Source: Pelomyxa schiedti (taxonomy: Eukaryota; Protista; Evosea). From it: DNA of 64,000 nucleotides. A program made the position numbers and the translations under genes. Below are positions 60,201 through 64,000 of the stretch, piece after piece (position 1 is the stretch's first letter; every line of letters starts with the position of its first letter). The stretch spans positions 1 through 64,000 of the forward strand of contig JAHLWZ010000158.1 in NCBI GenBank assembly GCA_020536535.1, read 5' to 3'. The notes under the pieces are model-generated. The model saw only the letters and a list, made by a program, of their open reading frames with translations. It was not told the DNA's origin and searched no databases.

Positions 60201-60832
60201 TCCTCCTTGCTTCCCTCGGTTTAGGTAGTGGAAATCAAACATAAACTCAAAGTCGGGAAGATAGAGCAAAAGCTTGTTTCGTATCAAGTTAGCCTTTTTC
60301 ACTTTGCTACAAGAAACTCACTTCAAGGTAGGACCCGATACTACCCTCTGCGAAGGTTCGTCTCCCACTTCCTTTGTGCAACCTGAAGCTATCTAAATGA
60401 ACCCAGTTGAGTCAACCACAAAGAAGTTGGGTCTACGATGGTTCTCTGAAGGTAAAAACTAACACAGAGAAGAAACCCCGAGATAGATGGGTGTTTTTGT
60501 TCTCAGATCTTCTCCTGGAAACCAAAGTTCTGAAAAAAAGCAATCCCGGTAAGTAAGCCAAACAGCGTCTTGCACTAATTCACCTCATTCTTTTCGTTCT
60601 TTGCAACTGCACAGATGACAGCAAGTATGAATGCAAACACTGTGTAATGCTATCAACTCTAGACCTCAAAGACACCACCAACACAAACGAGTTCACCCTT
60701 ACCACAAGTGGCAAGGGCTCTTCCACAAGCATCACCTTTGCCTTCCTGTGTAATACCACATCAGATAAGGAAGTGTGGCTCAATTCACTAAATGGTGCAT
60801 TGGCCCTTGTTCAATCAAAGAGATCACTGTAA
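57214..60832 (+). CDS. Coiled-coil + DH-PH RhoGEF
   Basis: Long E/K-rich coiled coils; GLVNELIVS.EDTFIRQL, FSKAYRTYYTSYDSAV, LLRLPL; PH: RWVFLFSDLLLETK...DKEVWLNSL. Confidence 0.8.
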
Positions 60833-60919
60833 AAAAAAAAACAACAACAAAAAAAAATACAAAGGTAATAAATAGGATTTGTTATTTCTAAATCCCTTTT
60901 TTGCTTTTCTGTCAAATTA

Positions 60920-62393
60920 TTAGTGGGCTCGCCACCAAACACCCAATAAAAAGAGTGTCTCCACAGCACACCCAATGAGAATTGCTGAATGGTTTGTAAG
61001 CCAGAGTGGGGCTAGAGTACCATGTGAACAAGGATGGGTTTCAGAATCACTCGGGTGTGTGGTTGTACTGCTTGATTCTGCTGAAGAACAAGCTGTGTTT
61101 GTAGTTGCGGGTGTTGTGTTTGGAACCTCCGCAGCAGGTGGAACTTCTTGGGGTTCATGTTGGGAGGGTGTTGTGGTTTCTGTTCCGGTGCTCTCAGGAA
61201 GAATGGGTGCTGTTTCTACTACATCACATTTTGGCTTTTCTTCTTTTGCTGGCTCGGGTGGAGGTCCATCCAGCCGAACCCCAGTGATTTTGTCAACCCG
61301 AAACATGAGGTGCGCACCGCGGCTGTGTGCGTAGAATGTTTTGTCTTTCTGTACCCATCTTGTTTTGATTTGTTATTCATAGTATCTTAATGCTAATCAT
61401 ACTTGGTTGGGGCAATCTGTCGCCAAGCTCCTGGCGTGGATCCTCCAGTGTAGCAAATCCAGAATGCTTTCCGGCTGTTAATTCCATTTTCAATATATGT
61501 AGCTGTGCTTGTTTCGCTTGTGTTTTGGGTGCACGAAGTCACAGATGAAGATGCTGCTACAGAGGAAGACACCTGAGGGTTGGACTTCGGTGGGTTTTCT
61601 GAGGGAGAGGTGCCACTAGGGGTGGTAGAAAAATGCTGTTCGAGGACGACAGTGGTACAACAATTCTTCAATACTTGTAGGGTCATACGAGCATCAGCTT
61701 CACCACGGTGCTCTTCGTCACCCAGGTCAAAGTATTTTCCCAAGGTGTTCATTTTCATATTATCCACATGGGTACTGTAAACTTTAAATGAAGAAAGAGA
61801 CCAAAACAAGAATCACCTGAAAATTTTTCGTAGTAGAGGGAGTGTATCGATAACACCGATTGGCTGTGGAGGTTCTCGTTTCAATTTCTTAAATTCCTGC
61901 AGGTATTGAGCCATCAGATGGGTTTGTACAAAGCACGTACATCAAATATGATTGGGTTGTCGAATTTCTCAATGTTATGGCCAGCCCATATCCTGCCATG
62001 AAGAATAGTATAAATCCTATCAGCCACATCAGCGAAACTTGGCTGCCCCTGCAGCATTTCCTTTGTAATTTTGTTGCACTCTACACTCCTAGCAGTGACG
62101 TTGGGGGAAAACACTAGTGTTGAAAACGAGTCAACTTCGCGTAGTGTCTTCTTATTAACCACAACAGCTCCGAACTCTAGTACATCCCTTTCCTGGAAAC
62201 GTTGAGGTGAAAGGGGAAAAAAAAAAAACAAAACAAAAAAAAACCATAAAAACTCCGCGGCGAGCAGGGAACGGAAAAGAAAACGCACTTTGTAGGTTGA
62301 AGAAGGAATGGTAGTCTCAAGATCGTAAAACGCAATTTCTTCGGCTTTCGTGTCGGCAAAAGACCAACTGCCACCCCCATCACCTCGGTCCAT
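60920..62393 (-). CDS. DEDDh 3'-5' exonuclease (NEN/DnaQ-like) + WYL-like domain + C-terminal TM anchor
   Basis: ExoI FYDLETT, ExoII GHNIEKFD, ExoIII HRGEAD. Intron 61402-61359 joins FWICYTGGSTPGAWRQIAPTK to WVQKDKTFYAH...MFRVDKI. Terminal hydrophobic AILIGCAVETLFLLGVWWRAH. Confidence 0.85.
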
Positions 62394-62547
62394 TTGTTTT
62401 CTTTTTTTTTTCAAACGACCTGGTAATAAAAATCTGTTATCTCCAAATAGAAATGAGCCCGTCGTTTCGTATTTTTTAATTTAGAATTCGGTTATTTTCC
62501 TGTACAAATCAAACAAGGAGTGGCCCAGCAACAGAGGTGCATCACAA

Positions 62548-64000
62548 TCATAGTAACATAATAAGGATCATAGCGAGAGCAATGAGAGCAACGGCGGCGC
62601 GCGGCGCTGAACATGTCATGATCATCCCTTGTTCACATACATCGGGAGTGAAGCTCTGTTGCATGCATTCTGTGCAGTTGTCCCCGCAAAAGCCCACTTG
62701 GACTTGAGTGCCAACGCACGTGACGGTAAGAGAATAGCCGGCCTCGATGTAGGCACAGTCGTCACTGTACCACTCGAAGCCCATTAAAGAGTCTGCATTG
62801 CATGCCTCCATATCACTGTAGTACCAGATAACAACTCTTGAAACCCAATTAGACTCATATGCACAATGCTTGAGAGGGCAGAGGACCTACCCATAATCGG
62901 GTAGTACAACATCGCTAAGAAGCATGCATTGATAATCGTAAAATAGTGGTGTGAAGTATTCACAGCTTTGACCTACACAGCCCAGTTCTGGGTACCCATA
63001 AAAATAGGACTCACTTGTTGCGCAACCTTGCTCACAATTAAAACATCACTTAAGTCGTGAAAACGCACCATAATCATTATATGACTTCATCACTGTCCAA
63101 TTCATACTGGATGATGTAGCACACTGGGAAAGATCCCACGTTAATTTCCGAATCAAGGAAACTGTGGGAATTACCCGAATAATTGTGTACAATTCGGAGT
63201 AGGGATCGTATGTACATTTAAACGTTTCATCTACAAGGGAGTATGCGCATTTCTGGCAGTCTAGCCCGTCACACATTTCCCTTTGAACTTCACCACCAAC
63301 ACATTGGTAGGAGCCACTACGGGTGCGTTTTAAATTGTTGAAGCAAGTCTGTGAAAATCCGTCCCAAGCAACAACTTCTCCCTCACAGGTGCTAGAAGTA
63401 TAGTGGTTGTAGACTACAAAGCTGAAAGAAATTACTCTAAGATAAATAAGACACAAGTTACCTTGTGGTGAAGTTCTCCGGGTAAGGTTTTTCATCCCAG
63501 CACTCAAAGGACTGTTGATTGGTTACGTCACAACCCAGGTCAACACAACTGCTAGAATAGTATATAGAAACAGATACGATATCTCCGCCACATTCTGTTC
63601 GCATTAAATTTGTCATGTTATGGTTCAGTTATAATACCATTTGCAGTTGTCGGGCTGTGCTCATATTTTACTTGCCACCCCTCTACCCTCACAACACCAC
63701 AAGTCACACTGTAGTATGCACCTATATCACTTGCATCTGCCTGACGGCACGCCCCACTTAAATAACCTATTGTTGTTTCCTCACACTCCCCTGTGGTGTC
63801 ACAGTCTTCACAGGAAACAGAAATGACATTTCCAGTTTCGCCATCACATGCATAAAAACCATTGTTTGAGGTAGAAGAAATATCTCCGCAGGAAGACACA
63901 AGCAATCTCCAACTATCTCGAGTACCCCCACAACCAGAGCTACTATAAAATTCAATCATTGTGTATAACCTTTTTTTGTAACAAAAAATCAGCCAAAAAA
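62548..64000 (-). CDS. Cys-rich repeat surface protein with a C-terminal GPI-signal-like tail (5' end outside the window)
   Basis: Repeated Y-x-S-x-x-C...C modules (FYSSSGCGG, HYTSSTCEG, YSDMEACNA); ends SAPRAAVALIALAMILIMLL*. Confidence 0.7.

Overview
Compact, intron-rich eukaryotic DNA with short (mostly ~35-70 nt) GT-AG introns, weak 5' splice consensus, A-rich start contexts and head-to-head genes only 125-260 bp apart. Gene content and an expanded 'RxQxxALxMASHxRCGAxSP' family suggest an amoebozoan, probably a Pelomyxa-like archamoeba (inference). Bases 1-6.8 kb are a transposon mosaic with two 100-N gaps: a TA-flanked long-TIR element (1907-4594) carries a nested 26-bp-TIR element (1995-3121), and a second copy of the outer element ends at 6815. 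Bases 6.8-16.4 kb are a cluster of lineage-specific, rearranged signalling/ubiquitin-type genes: two paralogous adaptor-like proteins, an ART-like/E2 fusion, a hidden atypical Rab-like gene, a Rho-coiled coil-PINK1-like kinase fusion and an F-box-like protein. The rest holds a FYVE-like/alpha-beta hydrolase, an SLC35F/DMT transporter, Serinc, G-alpha, a PTB/hnRNP L-like gene, a Cache-PDE, an RCC1-DH-RasGEF, a ZZ-finger-fused carboxylic-acid-reductase-like (A-T-R) enzyme, an SprB-like surface protein, ATR, a DH-PH RhoGEF, a DEDDh-WYL-TM exonuclease and a Cys-rich surface protein. Top leads are the DEDDh-WYL-tail-anchor nuclease, ZZ-CAR, the Rho-kinase fusion, ART-E2, and the possible ACG start and poison splice site of the PTB-like gene. 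All gene models were spliced by eye and no database search was run.
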